64,000 nt of DNA from Armatimonadota bacterium (GTDB taxonomy: Bacteria; Armatimonadota; Hebobacteria; CAIYQO01), in NCBI GenBank assembly GCA_020060775.1, contig JAGUZN010000116.1:3995-67994 (forward strand). Reading direction: 5' to 3'. Below are positions 54,391-64,000 of the stretch, piece after piece (position 1 is the first letter of the stretch; each line of letters begins with the position of its first letter). The notes below the pieces were generated by a model that worked only from the letters and a program-made list of their open reading frames with translations, ran no database searches and was not told where the DNA came from. A program made the translations under genes and the position numbers.

Positions 54391-57300
54391 ATGATGAGCG
54401 CACGACATAAGCATAGTGTGAAGTCGTACAGTGTTCTGCTGTGCGTGTGGCTGATATCCTTGTACCTGTATGGGGCGCTCGGCTGGCCGGCGCACGCGGA
54501 GGCCGACATCCCGAAGCCCGTGCTCTTCCTATCGTTTGAACAGGGGCTGAAGCCGGATATCGGTCCGGAAGGCGAATTACAGTGGTCCGGTCGGAAACCG
54601 CCGCAGCCGCCGCAGTACGTCGAGCAAGGCGTGCAGGGTAAAGCGCTGTGCATCACCGAGGATAATTTCAACCTGGGCTTTACCATCCCCGACCGGGAAC
54701 GACCGCGCGGGACGCTGCTTCTGTGGATCAAAGAGCCACAAGGCCCTACTGGCAGTCGATTTATCAGCAGTTGGGGGCCGGGATGGACCGGCGTTAATCG
54801 CGATATGCTGCAGACCAGTGTGCTGTTGGGCGGCGTGCGCTATCCCGCCTGGGGCACGCAGTGGACGCAGATCGGCATCTCCTGGCAGAACGCAGGCGAT
54901 TCCGGGCGGGTACGCATCTACTTGAATGGGAAACGCGTGCAGGAGGTGACCGGATTCTTCTCCACGCAACGGCTGCTCATCGGCGCCGATTTCATGCCCG
55001 AAGGGCATAGCCGTCTTTTTGACAATGTCCGCATGTGGGACCGCGTGCTCACCGATGCGGAGGTCAAACGCGTCTATCGCCAGGACTTTCGCGAGACCAA
55101 TCAACCGATCGTTTCTGCCCCCCGCCTGCGCCAAACGCCGAATCTCGACGGGAAAATCGCACCTGAAGAGTGGACCGGCGCCGCCCGGATCACCGGCATG
55201 CTCGATGCGGAACTGGGCGAAGTAGCTGCCGACCAGAGCGCTTTCCTCTTCGGTTATGACACCACCCACCTCTATATCGCTTTGCACGGTGAAATGACCG
55301 AACTGGCGCGCACTAATCCGGCGCTCGTCTACGAAAAGTTCCTCCGCGCCGAAGGCAAAGGGAATGACGGCAAGGTGACGGATGATGACGCCGTAGAGAT
55401 TGTGCTCGCGCCGGAATTCTGGCGAGTGGAAAGCCATAGGGAATCAGGAGCCTGGAAAGAGTATCGCGTGCTCGCCAATGCCGTCGGAGGACACTACGCA
55501 CAATCGTACGCACAGCATGCTGCCCCGTCAGCCTGGAATGTACCCTGGCAATCCGCCAGTGCAGCCGGGCCGCACGGCTGGCAACTCGAGGCGCGCATCC
55601 CGCTCGACGCGCTCGGCGTTCCCCCTCCCCAACCCGGGGACCGCTGGGGTCTGCAGCTTGCGCGCATCTGGAAGCAACTCAAAGACACGACCGACCTCTG
55701 GGCGTGGGGCCTCCGCACGCCGGATGATGCCCCGCAACGCCTGCACTTGCACCAGCACGCAGCCACACCGATGACCAATCTCGGCGCTTTGCGCTTTGCC
55801 GGAGACGATGAGGTGGTGGTGCGGGTGGAACGCATCGGGCGACTGCGCGACGGTCAACTCGATTTCCAGGCGACCCTGTACAATCCTTCGGCGGGTGAAC
55901 AGCAGGTCACCCTACGCCTCGTCACGGATACCGGCGACTGCGCGTACGAAGAGTCCCTCACCCTGCCCGCCGGCAAACAGGGGCGCTATAGCCGGCGGCA
56001 GCAACTCACCGATTACGCCGCGTCAGGGCTGACCTTTGAAGTCGTCTTACCTGATGGGACGCTCATCCATCGCACGGCCGTGGGATTCCACCGCACCCAG
56101 CAGTTCGGCATGCGCACCGTCGCCTATCCGAACTACGACCGCTTCCTGGTGGAGCTGGACCTGGGCATCTTCGCGGACATTCCGGCAGATGAGTTGCGCA
56201 TCGACCTGAACATGCGCAATGCTGCCGGCAAAACCGTCCTGCTGAAAACCGATCAGCGGGCCTCGGCCTACCTGGTGCATTCGATGCAGTCGATGAAGAG
56301 TATCGCTGTTGGCAACTACACGCTCACCGCGGCCATTCGCCGCGGCAGCACCGTGCTGGCGAAAGAAGAGCAGCCGTTCGTGAAGCATGCGAAAGCCGCC
56401 TGGTGGGGTCAGCGATACGGCTTTGACGATGTCGATCAGGACAAAGTGCCCTACCCGTGGACGGACATGCAGGTGGCGCGGGACACGGTTCAGGTCTGGG
56501 GACGGGAATATCGTTTCGGCAAGAACCTGCTCCCCGAACAAATCACTTCGCTCGATGCGCCCATGCTGCGCGCACCGGTGCGCCTGCTGGTAAAGACCGC
56601 CAGTGGCGATGTGCTGGATACCGCACAAACGGGTGCTCAATCATCCTGGACGTCAAAGAAGCACACCCGCGTGGAAGGCGTTCGTTCTGTCGAGGCCCCT
56701 TTCCTCTCCGTGAAGAACGTCGTCTGGGCGGAATATGATGGGCTGCTCTGGTGTACATTGACGGTCACCCCGCGCAAGAAAGTCGACATCGACTCCCTGG
56801 TCGTTGAAGTCCCCCTGAACAGAGCCTTCTCCGATGTACACATTCTCGGCGGGGGGTACTGGATCGGCAATGGCGACGGGGGAGTGCAGGTCTTTCAGGA
56901 GGACAACACCTTCTTTGTCGATGACAAGAACCCCGTCCGTGTCGATACCGAGGATGGACTCGCCACCTGGCGGATGGTGCTCATCGATAAGCCCACCGAA
57001 CTTACCGCGCCGTACACGATCACGCTGGGGATGATGGCTACCCCCGTGCGCCCCAAGGTGTGGCGCACTGCGGCCTTTGATGAACGCAGCGTGCAGGGCG
57101 GCGGACCCTGGTTTCCACAAGGGCTGGAGTTCATGCCGGCCGCCGATCCCGGCGTAGATTACTACAGTGGGGCGCATGGCGGACGCCTCTACGTGCACAC
57201 GGAAATCAAGCCGACGCCGCACATCACCACCGATGCCGAGGGGACGACGGACTGGGATCGGTACGGCTATGAGTGGGTGCGCGACCCGGGCTACCGCTAT

Positions 57301-58407
57301 GCCGGCAGCGGCCGGGTGGTGATGGATCTGCATTCCAAGAGTTTTCGCGAATATTTCGTCTGGCGCTTCTGGCGTTACCAGCAGAAGTATGGGTTCGCCG
57401 GCCTGTACTTCGACAACCCCGACCGCGAGGGGCTTGCCACGCGCGAGGTCATCAAGCGCATGAATAATATCGCGCTGGGTAACACCAAGTTTCACCCCTG
57501 GGCGCAACCAATCGGCGGCGCCACCAACGGCTTTGTCGACATGCGCTACATGTCTTTCTGGCAATACCACTGGGACGGCGAGCACCTGAACGGTGCAATC
57601 CAGCAATGGCACACCTACATCGGCCACATCAATCCAGCGAGTTACCGCAAGGAATATATGGGACACAACCTCGGCTGGCCGGTGATGTTTCTCGGTCAGG
57701 GGCGCATCACGCGGGAATGGGTGGAGGCCAATGGCGGGGCCGAGGCGGTGTTTGATCAAATCTACGGCCTGAACCTGCTGCATGACGGCGGCAATGTCTG
57801 CTGCATCTTGCCGGGCGACGTCACCCGCCAACTGCAACTCCGCCGCCAGGAAGACGTGAAAGCGCTCAGCTTGCATCACTGGGCCTACCAGTTCCTCCCC
57901 TACTGGCGGCAGGATATCGTCACACTGCCGCGCGAAGGGTTGTATGCCTCGCTGTATATCGGGCATCCCACGGCACTGGCCCGTGCCGATGCCAACACGA
58001 TCGACGCCTACTTCGAGCGCTACCAGCCCCGGCAGTTGCCGGAGGTGCTGCGAACGCTCAATCGCCAGAAGGTGGAGCACGCTCGCGACGAACTCGCCGC
58101 GATGCCGGATAAAGCCTTCCTGGTTGTCTACAACGACAGCGACTGGCAGGGAGAGGTTCGCCTGAAAGTGGATTGGCAACAGCTTGGATTGGGCGCGCCT
58201 GACACTCTGCAGGTCACCAACGCCCTGCACCGCACCGGCTTCCGCGTGGAGAAGGCCCGGGATAAGGACGGCAAAGAGGTCGAGAAAGGGGTCTACTTCG
58301 AACGAACCGAAGAGTTCGCGAAAATCGAAAACGGCGAATTGGTCTTTCCGATGACTAAACACAACTACCGGTTGATTGTCATCGAACAACGCCCCGCACA
58401 GGAGTGA
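54391..58407 (+). CDS. Giant secreted paralog 3 (1338 aa), same architecture
   Basis: LFDNVRMWDRVLTDAEVKRVY; TPNLDGKIAPEEW...DQSAFLFGYDTTHLYIAL...WQLEARIPLDALG..PGDRWGLQLAR; VQVWGREYRFG; EYFVWRFWRYQQKYGFAGLYFDNP; ENGELVFPMTKHNYRLIVI. Confidence 0.9.
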   Translation: MMSARHKHSVKSYSVLLCVWLISLYLYGALGWPAHAEADIPKPVLFLSFEQGLKPDIGPEGELQWSGRKPPQPPQYVEQGVQGKALCITEDNFNLGFTIPDRERPRGTLLLWIKEPQGPTGSRFISSWGPGWTGVNRDMLQTSVLLGGVRYPAWGTQWTQIGISWQNAGDSGRVRIYLNGKRVQEVTGFFSTQRLLIGADFMPEGHSRLFDNVRMWDRVLTDAEVKRVYRQDFRETNQPIVSAPRLRQTPNLDGKIAPEEWTGAARITGMLDAELGEVAADQSAFLFGYDTTHLYIALHGEMTELARTNPALVYEKFLRAEGKGNDGKVTDDDAVEIVLAPEFWRVESHRESGAWKEYRVLANAVGGHYAQSYAQHAAPSAWNVPWQSASAAGPHGWQLEARIPLDALGVPPPQPGDRWGLQLARIWKQLKDTTDLWAWGLRTPDDAPQRLHLHQHAATPMTNLGALRFAGDDEVVVRVERIGRLRDGQLDFQATLYNPSAGEQQVTLRLVTDTGDCAYEESLTLPAGKQGRYSRRQQLTDYAASGLTFEVVLPDGTLIHRTAVGFHRTQQFGMRTVAYPNYDRFLVELDLGIFADIPADELRIDLNMRNAAGKTVLLKTDQRASAYLVHSMQSMKSIAVGNYTLTAAIRRGSTVLAKEEQPFVKHAKAAWWGQRYGFDDVDQDKVPYPWTDMQVARDTVQVWGREYRFGKNLLPEQITSLDAPMLRAPVRLLVKTASGDVLDTAQTGAQSSWTSKKHTRVEGVRSVEAPFLSVKNVVWAEYDGLLWCTLTVTPRKKVDIDSLVVEVPLNRAFSDVHILGGGYWIGNGDGGVQVFQEDNTFFVDDKNPVRVDTEDGLATWRMVLIDKPTELTAPYTITLGMMATPVRPKVWRTAAFDERSVQGGGPWFPQGLEFMPAADPGVDYYSGAHGGRLYVHTEIKPTPHITTDAEGTTDWDRYGYEWVRDPGYRYAGSGRVVMDLHSKSFREYFVWRFWRYQQKYGFAGLYFDNPDREGLATREVIKRMNNIALGNTKFHPWAQPIGGATNGFVDMRYMSFWQYHWDGEHLNGAIQQWHTYIGHINPASYRKEYMGHNLGWPVMFLGQGRITREWVEANGGAEAVFDQIYGLNLLHDGGNVCCILPGDVTRQLQLRRQEDVKALSLHHWAYQFLPYWRQDIVTLPREGLYASLYIGHPTALARADANTIDAYFERYQPRQLPEVLRTLNRQKVEHARDELAAMPDKAFLVVYNDSDWQGEVRLKVDWQQLGLGAPDTLQVTNALHRTGFRVEKARDKDGKEVEKGVYFERTEEFAKIENGELVFPMTKHNYRLIVIEQRPAQE

Positions 58408-58463
58408 CCCTACGCCCCGCACGACAATAGCATCTAACACCGGAACGAGAAGGAGAATGATCG

Positions 58464-61400
58464 ATGTTCAAGTACATCCTGCCCGCGCTACTGAGCCTGA
58501 GCGCGTGCATCCTCATGCCGGCACTGGCCAACGAGGCGAAGTCGGCATCGCGACGCACCTATGAATCCGGCGACCTTGGTAAACGCATCGCCGTGGTGAA
58601 GATGAAGTCACCGCCCACCATTGACGGCATCATGGAGCCGGGGGAGTGGGAGAACGCGACCAGGATCACCGGCCTGACGGAAGCTGGTGTCATATTCCAG
58701 GCCGGCGTACACGGTTGCGTCTGTGTCATAGACCACCCCACACTGGGCCGCTTGAAGAATATCGCCACCAATCAATCGGCATTCTGGGTGAGCTATGATG
58801 ATGAGTATTTATATGTTGCGCATTTGAGTCCGCCGCCGGCCGGCATTCGCGATAACCCGGCGATGATCCAGGTGATGCTCAAGAGGGCGCAAACATTACA
58901 TGACGCCAACATCGATCAGGATGACAGCATCAGTATCGAGATCATGTCGCCAGTCTATCCGGACGGTGACAACTACATCATCCAGGTCAATTCGATCGGC
59001 ACCACCTTCGACTGCATCTGGGGCGGCGCCAAGGGGAAAATGCCGGGCATCACCGTCGGCTGGGAGCCCGAAGTCATCAACAAGTCGACGCTGACGCTGG
59101 ACGGCTGGATCATCGAAACGGCCATTCCCTGGAAAGACTTTGGACCACACATAGAAAAACCCGCACCGGGCACGGTGCTGCCGATGAACTTTGGCCGCAT
59201 CTGGCGGGAGGTGACCAACGAATTTCATGCCTGGCAGGCCTTCGACGGCTTTCGCCCCAAGGGTGATGTCCTGTTCTGCGGCGATGAGGGCGTCGTCGTG
59301 CAATTGAATGACGCCGGCAATCTGCCGCGCGGGCAGGCGAAGTTTGATGCCAATCTGAAGAACCTTTCCGCGACGGAGGCCAGGGTGATTGCCGAGGTGT
59401 CGACCGACTCCGGCGACCTCAACGACCGCAAGGAACTGCTCCTGCCTCCCAATCAATCCGTGCCCTATCTGTTCACCGGCAGGATTACCGATCTGGCCAC
59501 CACGACCATCGCCTTGACCATCAAAGAGGCGACCGGCGGCACGATTATCCATCAGACCGTCCTGCCGGTCATTCGTAAAACCGCTCCGGATATCTACACG
59601 CGCAGATACCGCAGCCGGGAACTCGTCAAGTTCGAAGTGGATATGGGCTTCATCGGATCGGCAGACCCGGCGAAAACCAGCATCAAATTGAGCATCACCG
59701 ATAACAAGAACGGGAAGCGGATCGTGAACAAGACGTTTAAGGGATTTGACTCCTACGATCCGGTCCTCGAACTCTCCTCCGAAGGGTGGGCACCGGCGGA
59801 TTACACCGCCAAGTTCGTCTTCACGGCCCCGGGCATGAAGGCCTACGAGGCGAGCATCCCCTACAAGCACCCGCAACTTCCCGAATGGTGGAACAACCGG
59901 TATGGCCTTGAAGATCTGGATTACGACCGGGTTCCCTTCCCCTGGACGAATGTCGAAGTCAAAGATGATGCAATCCAGGTGTGGGGGAGGAGCTACCAGT
60001 TCAGCGAGGCCTTCCTGCCCAAACAGATCACCACGCTGGACTTCCCGATACTGCGTGGGCCGGCGCGCCTGGTAATAGAAACGGCTGACGGCAAGGTGCT
60101 GGACACCGCGTCGGCAACGGTGGAGAAGCAGTGGACCAGCACCCGGCGTACGCGTGTGGAAGGCGAGCGCACGATCGCGGCAGATGGCTTCGCCTTGCGC
60201 AACGCGCTGTGGGCGGAGTACGACGGCTTGCTCTGGAATACGCTCGAGTTAAAGCCGGACAAGACGATCACCGTGAAGTCCATGGAACTGATCATCCCGT
60301 TAACCCGCGAGTTCACCGACGTGATGAACAACATGGATTACTCGCTACGCACCACCGGCAAGCTGAAGCCCGAGGGATTTGTTGCGCCGGCGGCACGACC
60401 GCTCTGGCTCGGTAATGGAGACGGCGGCATCCAGATCGCAGCGAAAGAAGACAATCAGTACTTTGTGCAGGACATCAAAAAGACCATGCATGTGGACATG
60501 AGCGCTGACGGCGCCATCCTGCGCATGGTGCTGGTCGATGTGCCCACGGAATTCACCGCTCCATACTCCGTGCAGATCGGCTTGATCGCCACCCCGGTGC
60601 GCCCCAAGCTCACGCGCACGCCCTTCTTCCGACAAAGCAGCCTGGTGGGCGGCGGGGCCTGGTATCCGCAAGGCATGGAGTTCGTGGCAGCAGCGGATCC
60701 CGGTTTCGATCCATATGGCTACGGGACGAAGGCCGGCAGAATTTACGTGCATACCGCGCCGGTGAACGTATCGCCGGAATCAATGAAAATGGACGCCGCC
60801 GGTGCGGAGGATTATCTCTTCGCTGACGAGATCCGCGCCAATCCCTCCGACCGCAGCCTTGACCGCATTAACACCGATTACGAGTCCAAAGTGGCGCGCG
60901 ACTACTTCGTCTGGCGGCATTGGCGCTACCAGAATAAATACGGGTTCAAGGGCCTGTACTATGACGGCACCGGCGGCGTGATCCTCGGCTTGCGCGATCT
61001 CATGCGCCGGCTGTACAACATCACCCTGATCAACCAGCCGTACGGCGCACGCGAGGCGAACGTCGGCATTCACTCGTCGGCGATGTTCAATATGGCGGCC
61101 TATGCCTTCGGTACGTACAACTGGGATGCCGAAAACTACAATTCGATTATCAACGAAACCCAGCAGACGTATCGCGGCGAGGTGGACCCGGCGAGATTTC
61201 GTGCCGAGCACTTGGGGCACAACTTCGGGTGGCCGCTCTACTTCCTCGGCCAGGGGCGCATCAAGCGCGAGTGGGTGGAGGCCAACGGCGGCCCAGAAGC
61301 GGTGTTTGACCAGATCTATGGATTGAACCTGCTGCATGACGGCGGCGGCGTCTGCTGCATCCTGCCCACCCCCATGCGCGATCTGGAAGTTCGGCGTGCC

Positions 61401-61964
61401 GGCGATGTGAAAGCCCTTGGCCTGCACCACTGGATCTACCAGTTCACCCCCTACTGGCATCAGGACATCGTCGCGTTGCCACATGAAAATATGCACGCGT
61501 CGTTCTATATCGCCCGGCCTTCGAAACTTGCCGCAACCGATCCCAACGACAGGTCGGGAGAAGGCCATCGGGTACGAACGTTCACAGGCTACTTTGACAA
61601 ACACCTGCCTTGGTATATCAAAGTGGCCAATATAAACGAAACCGAAGACGCCAGGGCCGAGTTCACTGGGATGAAAGACCGCATCATCATGGTCGTCTAC
61701 AACGATACGGCCTGGGAAGGCGAGATGCGCCTGAAGGTGGATTGGCAGAAGCTCGGGCTGGGCACACCCGACACCTTGACGGCCACCAATGCGTTGCATC
61801 GCACTGGCTTCCGCGTGGAGAAGGTGAAAGACAAGGATGGCAAAGAGGTGGAGAAAGCGGTGTTCTTCGAGCGCCCGGAGGAGTATGCCCGCATCGAGAA
61901 TGGCGAACTGCTCTTCCCCATGACGCCATACAACTATCGCCTGATCGTCATCGAGCAGCGGTAG
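58464..61964 (+). CDS. Giant secreted paralog 4 (1166 aa), lacking the N-terminal LamG domain
   Basis: The signal peptide MFKYILPALLSLSACILMPALA is followed directly by the CBM9-like domain (PPTIDGIMEPGEW...NQSAFWVSYDDEYLYVAHL...WIIETAIPWKDFG). Then IQVWGRSYQF, DYFVWRHWRYQNKYGFKGLYYDG and ENGELLFPMTPYNYRLIVI. Confidence 0.9.
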   Translation: MFKYILPALLSLSACILMPALANEAKSASRRTYESGDLGKRIAVVKMKSPPTIDGIMEPGEWENATRITGLTEAGVIFQAGVHGCVCVIDHPTLGRLKNIATNQSAFWVSYDDEYLYVAHLSPPPAGIRDNPAMIQVMLKRAQTLHDANIDQDDSISIEIMSPVYPDGDNYIIQVNSIGTTFDCIWGGAKGKMPGITVGWEPEVINKSTLTLDGWIIETAIPWKDFGPHIEKPAPGTVLPMNFGRIWREVTNEFHAWQAFDGFRPKGDVLFCGDEGVVVQLNDAGNLPRGQAKFDANLKNLSATEARVIAEVSTDSGDLNDRKELLLPPNQSVPYLFTGRITDLATTTIALTIKEATGGTIIHQTVLPVIRKTAPDIYTRRYRSRELVKFEVDMGFIGSADPAKTSIKLSITDNKNGKRIVNKTFKGFDSYDPVLELSSEGWAPADYTAKFVFTAPGMKAYEASIPYKHPQLPEWWNNRYGLEDLDYDRVPFPWTNVEVKDDAIQVWGRSYQFSEAFLPKQITTLDFPILRGPARLVIETADGKVLDTASATVEKQWTSTRRTRVEGERTIAADGFALRNALWAEYDGLLWNTLELKPDKTITVKSMELIIPLTREFTDVMNNMDYSLRTTGKLKPEGFVAPAARPLWLGNGDGGIQIAAKEDNQYFVQDIKKTMHVDMSADGAILRMVLVDVPTEFTAPYSVQIGLIATPVRPKLTRTPFFRQSSLVGGGAWYPQGMEFVAAADPGFDPYGYGTKAGRIYVHTAPVNVSPESMKMDAAGAEDYLFADEIRANPSDRSLDRINTDYESKVARDYFVWRHWRYQNKYGFKGLYYDGTGGVILGLRDLMRRLYNITLINQPYGAREANVGIHSSAMFNMAAYAFGTYNWDAENYNSIINETQQTYRGEVDPARFRAEHLGHNFGWPLYFLGQGRIKREWVEANGGPEAVFDQIYGLNLLHDGGGVCCILPTPMRDLEVRRAGDVKALGLHHWIYQFTPYWHQDIVALPHENMHASFYIARPSKLAATDPNDRSGEGHRVRTFTGYFDKHLPWYIKVANINETEDARAEFTGMKDRIIMVVYNDTAWEGEMRLKVDWQKLGLGTPDTLTATNALHRTGFRVEKVKDKDGKEVEKAVFFERPEEYARIENGELLFPMTPYNYRLIVIEQR

Positions 61965-62099
61965 GGACATTACCGTGCCGGCCGATTTCATCCGGGGACG
62001 GAACGGATGCTTCCTCGGGTGAAATCGGTCTGTATCGGATGGGCCGCTGGCTAAATATTCGAAGATCGATATGGCGTCTGACGTGAGTGGAGATACACG

Positions 62100-63836
62100 A
62101 TGAAGCGAAAGCATTACCTGGTGCTAAGTGCGTTCAGCATCTTATGCTTGTGGACCGCTGCGGTGAACGCTGCGCCTGCAACAATTACCATCTCGGATCC
62201 AGCGCCGGCCGATGAGGGGATGATCGGGTCGCTGAATCCAACGCTGTCGGTCACCGTGCGCCATAGCGCGCGCAAGCGCATGACCATTACGTTCAGTTCC
62301 GATGCCTCCGGCCAGCGAAAGGAGATCTCCCGCTTCACCCAAGCCTCCTCTGGCGTGTACACCGTGCGGCCAAGAACGATGACACGACGGGGGATGACTT
62401 ACCATTGGACAGTTACGGCGACCGACGGCAAAGTCACCGCGACCCGGACGTTCAGCATCAATATTGCCCAGTTTATCGGCACGCGCGACACGCTCATCAC
62501 CCACTCAGATTGCTGGAAATACGGCTACATCAAGCATGGGTGGGAGAAAGGTAAATTCTTCGTCACGACGCAACGCGGAACCTGGGCGGCCTATGACCTG
62601 GATAAGGGATGGTATCGTACCTACCAACGCCTGCTGCGACGTCAGGAGTATACCGGGGCATGGCGAAGCCTGGAAGACGGCGGTAATCTGGGGCATCCGT
62701 TCTGGGGCTACTGGGACGGGCAGTACCATGCGCTGGGTGCCTTCAGACACGGCTCATCCGGATGGGAATCCGCATCCAGCAGAACCTTCGAAGGCCTTGC
62801 ACAACTCCGCTACGAAACCGACGTCAAAGACCTTGGCCTGCGCACGCAACAGCCGAATTGGCATGAAGGAGTCACCTATACCTTTAGTGAGGATCGGGCG
62901 TGGATCATTGCGCTCGATTTTGACGCGACGCAATCGCCACGGGATGCGGATACAAGTTGGGTCCACCACAAAGGCCGTGGTGTCGTGAAGTATTGGCAGT
63001 GGACGAAAGCTGGCGGGTGGGAGAAACCCGTCACCATCGGCACGGTGTCCAATCACACCGGCCGTGTTGCCCTGGTACGTCATACCCGTGACCTCTGGTA
63101 CTTATTTGTGACGGAGGGCGAACACGGCAGCCTGGATGGCAAAGGTAATGCCAACTTCACATCCACACTGAAATATTTCAAATCCACCGATGCCGGGGCT
63201 ACCTGGAGCGATCTGCACGACACCGGTGTCCCCGCACACGCCATATGGAGCAGTGTGTCCTTCGCGCGGTATGGCGATAATTACTATGTGTTCCTCTCGG
63301 CCGGCAACGACTCGTACGTACAGTTTACGACGAACCTCGAGGAGTGGGTCACCGACGGTGTCAACCGCAAGCGCGTCGCCAGAGATGCGTGGATGAAGCC
63401 ACACGGCACGTTGCTGCATCAAAGCGCGTTAATCATGACGGTTGCCGCCGATTTGGACTATCTCGACGAACAGTATGGCATCATTATCGTGGTGCCGGAA
63501 ATGATCGCGCACCCCGAACCACCGACCGGTCCGCTGCCCGTAGCCGGCGCTCAATTACCGGCAGGCGTGAATGAAGCGGAACTCTCCGTGACAGTGCATG
63601 GGCCGCAAACCTACGATGTCGCATTCTACTGGGAGGACGGCACGTTCATCGGTGAGGATAAATTGCTGCGCGAGGGCGAACGGGCGCGGGTAACCGTTGC
63701 CAACCTCACACCGGGAAAGACATACACCTGGTATGCGGTCGCTCGTGGGGCGCTGCTGGAATACTACGGCTGCGAACCGGATACCACCAGCGACGAACAG
63801 TGGTCGGAGGCGAGTAGCTTTCGAACGTCAAAATGA
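62100..63836 (+). CDS. Secreted BNR/Asp-box (sialidase-fold-like) beta-propeller protein flanked by Ig/FN3-like domains
   Basis: Signal peptide MKRKHYLVLSAFSILCLWTAAVNA. One clear Asp-box, FKSTDAGATWSD. N- and C-terminal beta-sandwich-like segments are present (...YHWTVTATDG..., ...TYTWYAVARG...). Confidence 0.6.
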   Translation: MKRKHYLVLSAFSILCLWTAAVNAAPATITISDPAPADEGMIGSLNPTLSVTVRHSARKRMTITFSSDASGQRKEISRFTQASSGVYTVRPRTMTRRGMTYHWTVTATDGKVTATRTFSINIAQFIGTRDTLITHSDCWKYGYIKHGWEKGKFFVTTQRGTWAAYDLDKGWYRTYQRLLRRQEYTGAWRSLEDGGNLGHPFWGYWDGQYHALGAFRHGSSGWESASSRTFEGLAQLRYETDVKDLGLRTQQPNWHEGVTYTFSEDRAWIIALDFDATQSPRDADTSWVHHKGRGVVKYWQWTKAGGWEKPVTIGTVSNHTGRVALVRHTRDLWYLFVTEGEHGSLDGKGNANFTSTLKYFKSTDAGATWSDLHDTGVPAHAIWSSVSFARYGDNYYVFLSAGNDSYVQFTTNLEEWVTDGVNRKRVARDAWMKPHGTLLHQSALIMTVAADLDYLDEQYGIIIVVPEMIAHPEPPTGPLPVAGAQLPAGVNEAELSVTVHGPQTYDVAFYWEDGTFIGEDKLLREGERARVTVANLTPGKTYTWYAVARGALLEYYGCEPDTTSDEQWSEASSFRTSK

Positions 63837-63909
63837 ACAACATCGCTGACCCAAACAAGGGGCAGTGAGCAATAACATACGGAGTGATGGGAAACAGAAA
63901 GGAATTGCT

Positions 63910-64000
63910 ATGCTGGTGCACCTTACTAGGAAAAATGTTTGGAGATGTCTCATCTCCATTGCGGTAGTTATGTTGTGTTGCACGTCATCTCTCTCCACGG
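63910..64000 (+). CDS. 5' end of a further secreted/membrane protein gene (truncated by the window)
   Basis: ATG 63910 opens a frame to the window end: MLVHLTRKNVWRCLISIAVVMLCCTSSLST, which is signal-peptide-like. Only 30 codons are visible. Confidence 0.3.
   Translation, partial: MLVHLTRKNVWRCLISIAVVMLCCTSSLST

Noticed and set aside
56653-58440. Very long antisense ORFs lie inside the giant genes: 56653..58440(-) 595 aa, 60780..62114(-) 444 aa, 46974..47867(-), 48428..49366(-) and 50804..51532(-).
   Set aside because: These are typical stop-poor shadow frames of GC-rich coding DNA. Their translations are low-complexity (R/G/A/P/V-rich) with no motifs, whereas the sense frames have strong paralog conservation and signal peptides.

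Overview
GC-rich bacterial chromosomal window with about 40 protein genes, most with clear Shine-Dalgarno sites. I found no rRNA, tRNA, CRISPR array, transposase, integrase or phage genes. The recurring pseudopilin N-terminus ([37 protein letters not shown] ... H-X9-DG) suggests an Armatimonadota-like or PVC-like genome; this is inference only.

Four themes stand out:

(1) 1-19.1 kb is a LacI-rich carbohydrate-type locus. It holds three LacI regulators and four prepilin-type/H-X9-DG 'pseudopilin-like' genes, one of them frameshifted; a fifth such gene lies at 39-40 kb. Three of these genes carry the same uncharacterised ~250-aa C-terminal domain (WWQWYYGGF...VNG...YPxGF...GP[FL]LF). That domain also occurs as a free-standing, signal-peptide protein at 854-1816. 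A 14-16-bp palindrome (GTTTAACTTGTTAAAC-like) recurs in four promoter regions of this locus.

(2) 43.6-63.8 kb looks like a ~20-kb single-strand operon. It encodes four tandem giant paralogs (1166-1385 aa) built as signal peptide, LamG, CBM9-like domain, Ig-like region and a large uncharacterised C-terminal module. A GH95/DUF5703-like protein is interleaved, and a BNR/Asp-box propeller protein follows. This is my best candidate for an undescribed glycan-processing system.

(3) Four copies of a 95-175-bp intergenic palindromic (MITE/REP-like) element are present.

(4) An EndoQ-like PHP nuclease is fused to a UvrD/PcrA helicase.

The rest is housekeeping or accessory: purE, gltA, a DegT aminotransferase / Hyi-like isomerase / GH-like operon with an XRE-cupin regulator, a multi-PAS histidine kinase, an MBL hydrolase, a GyrI-like protein and a flavodoxin-like protein. 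All family assignments come from motif recognition by eye; no searches were run.
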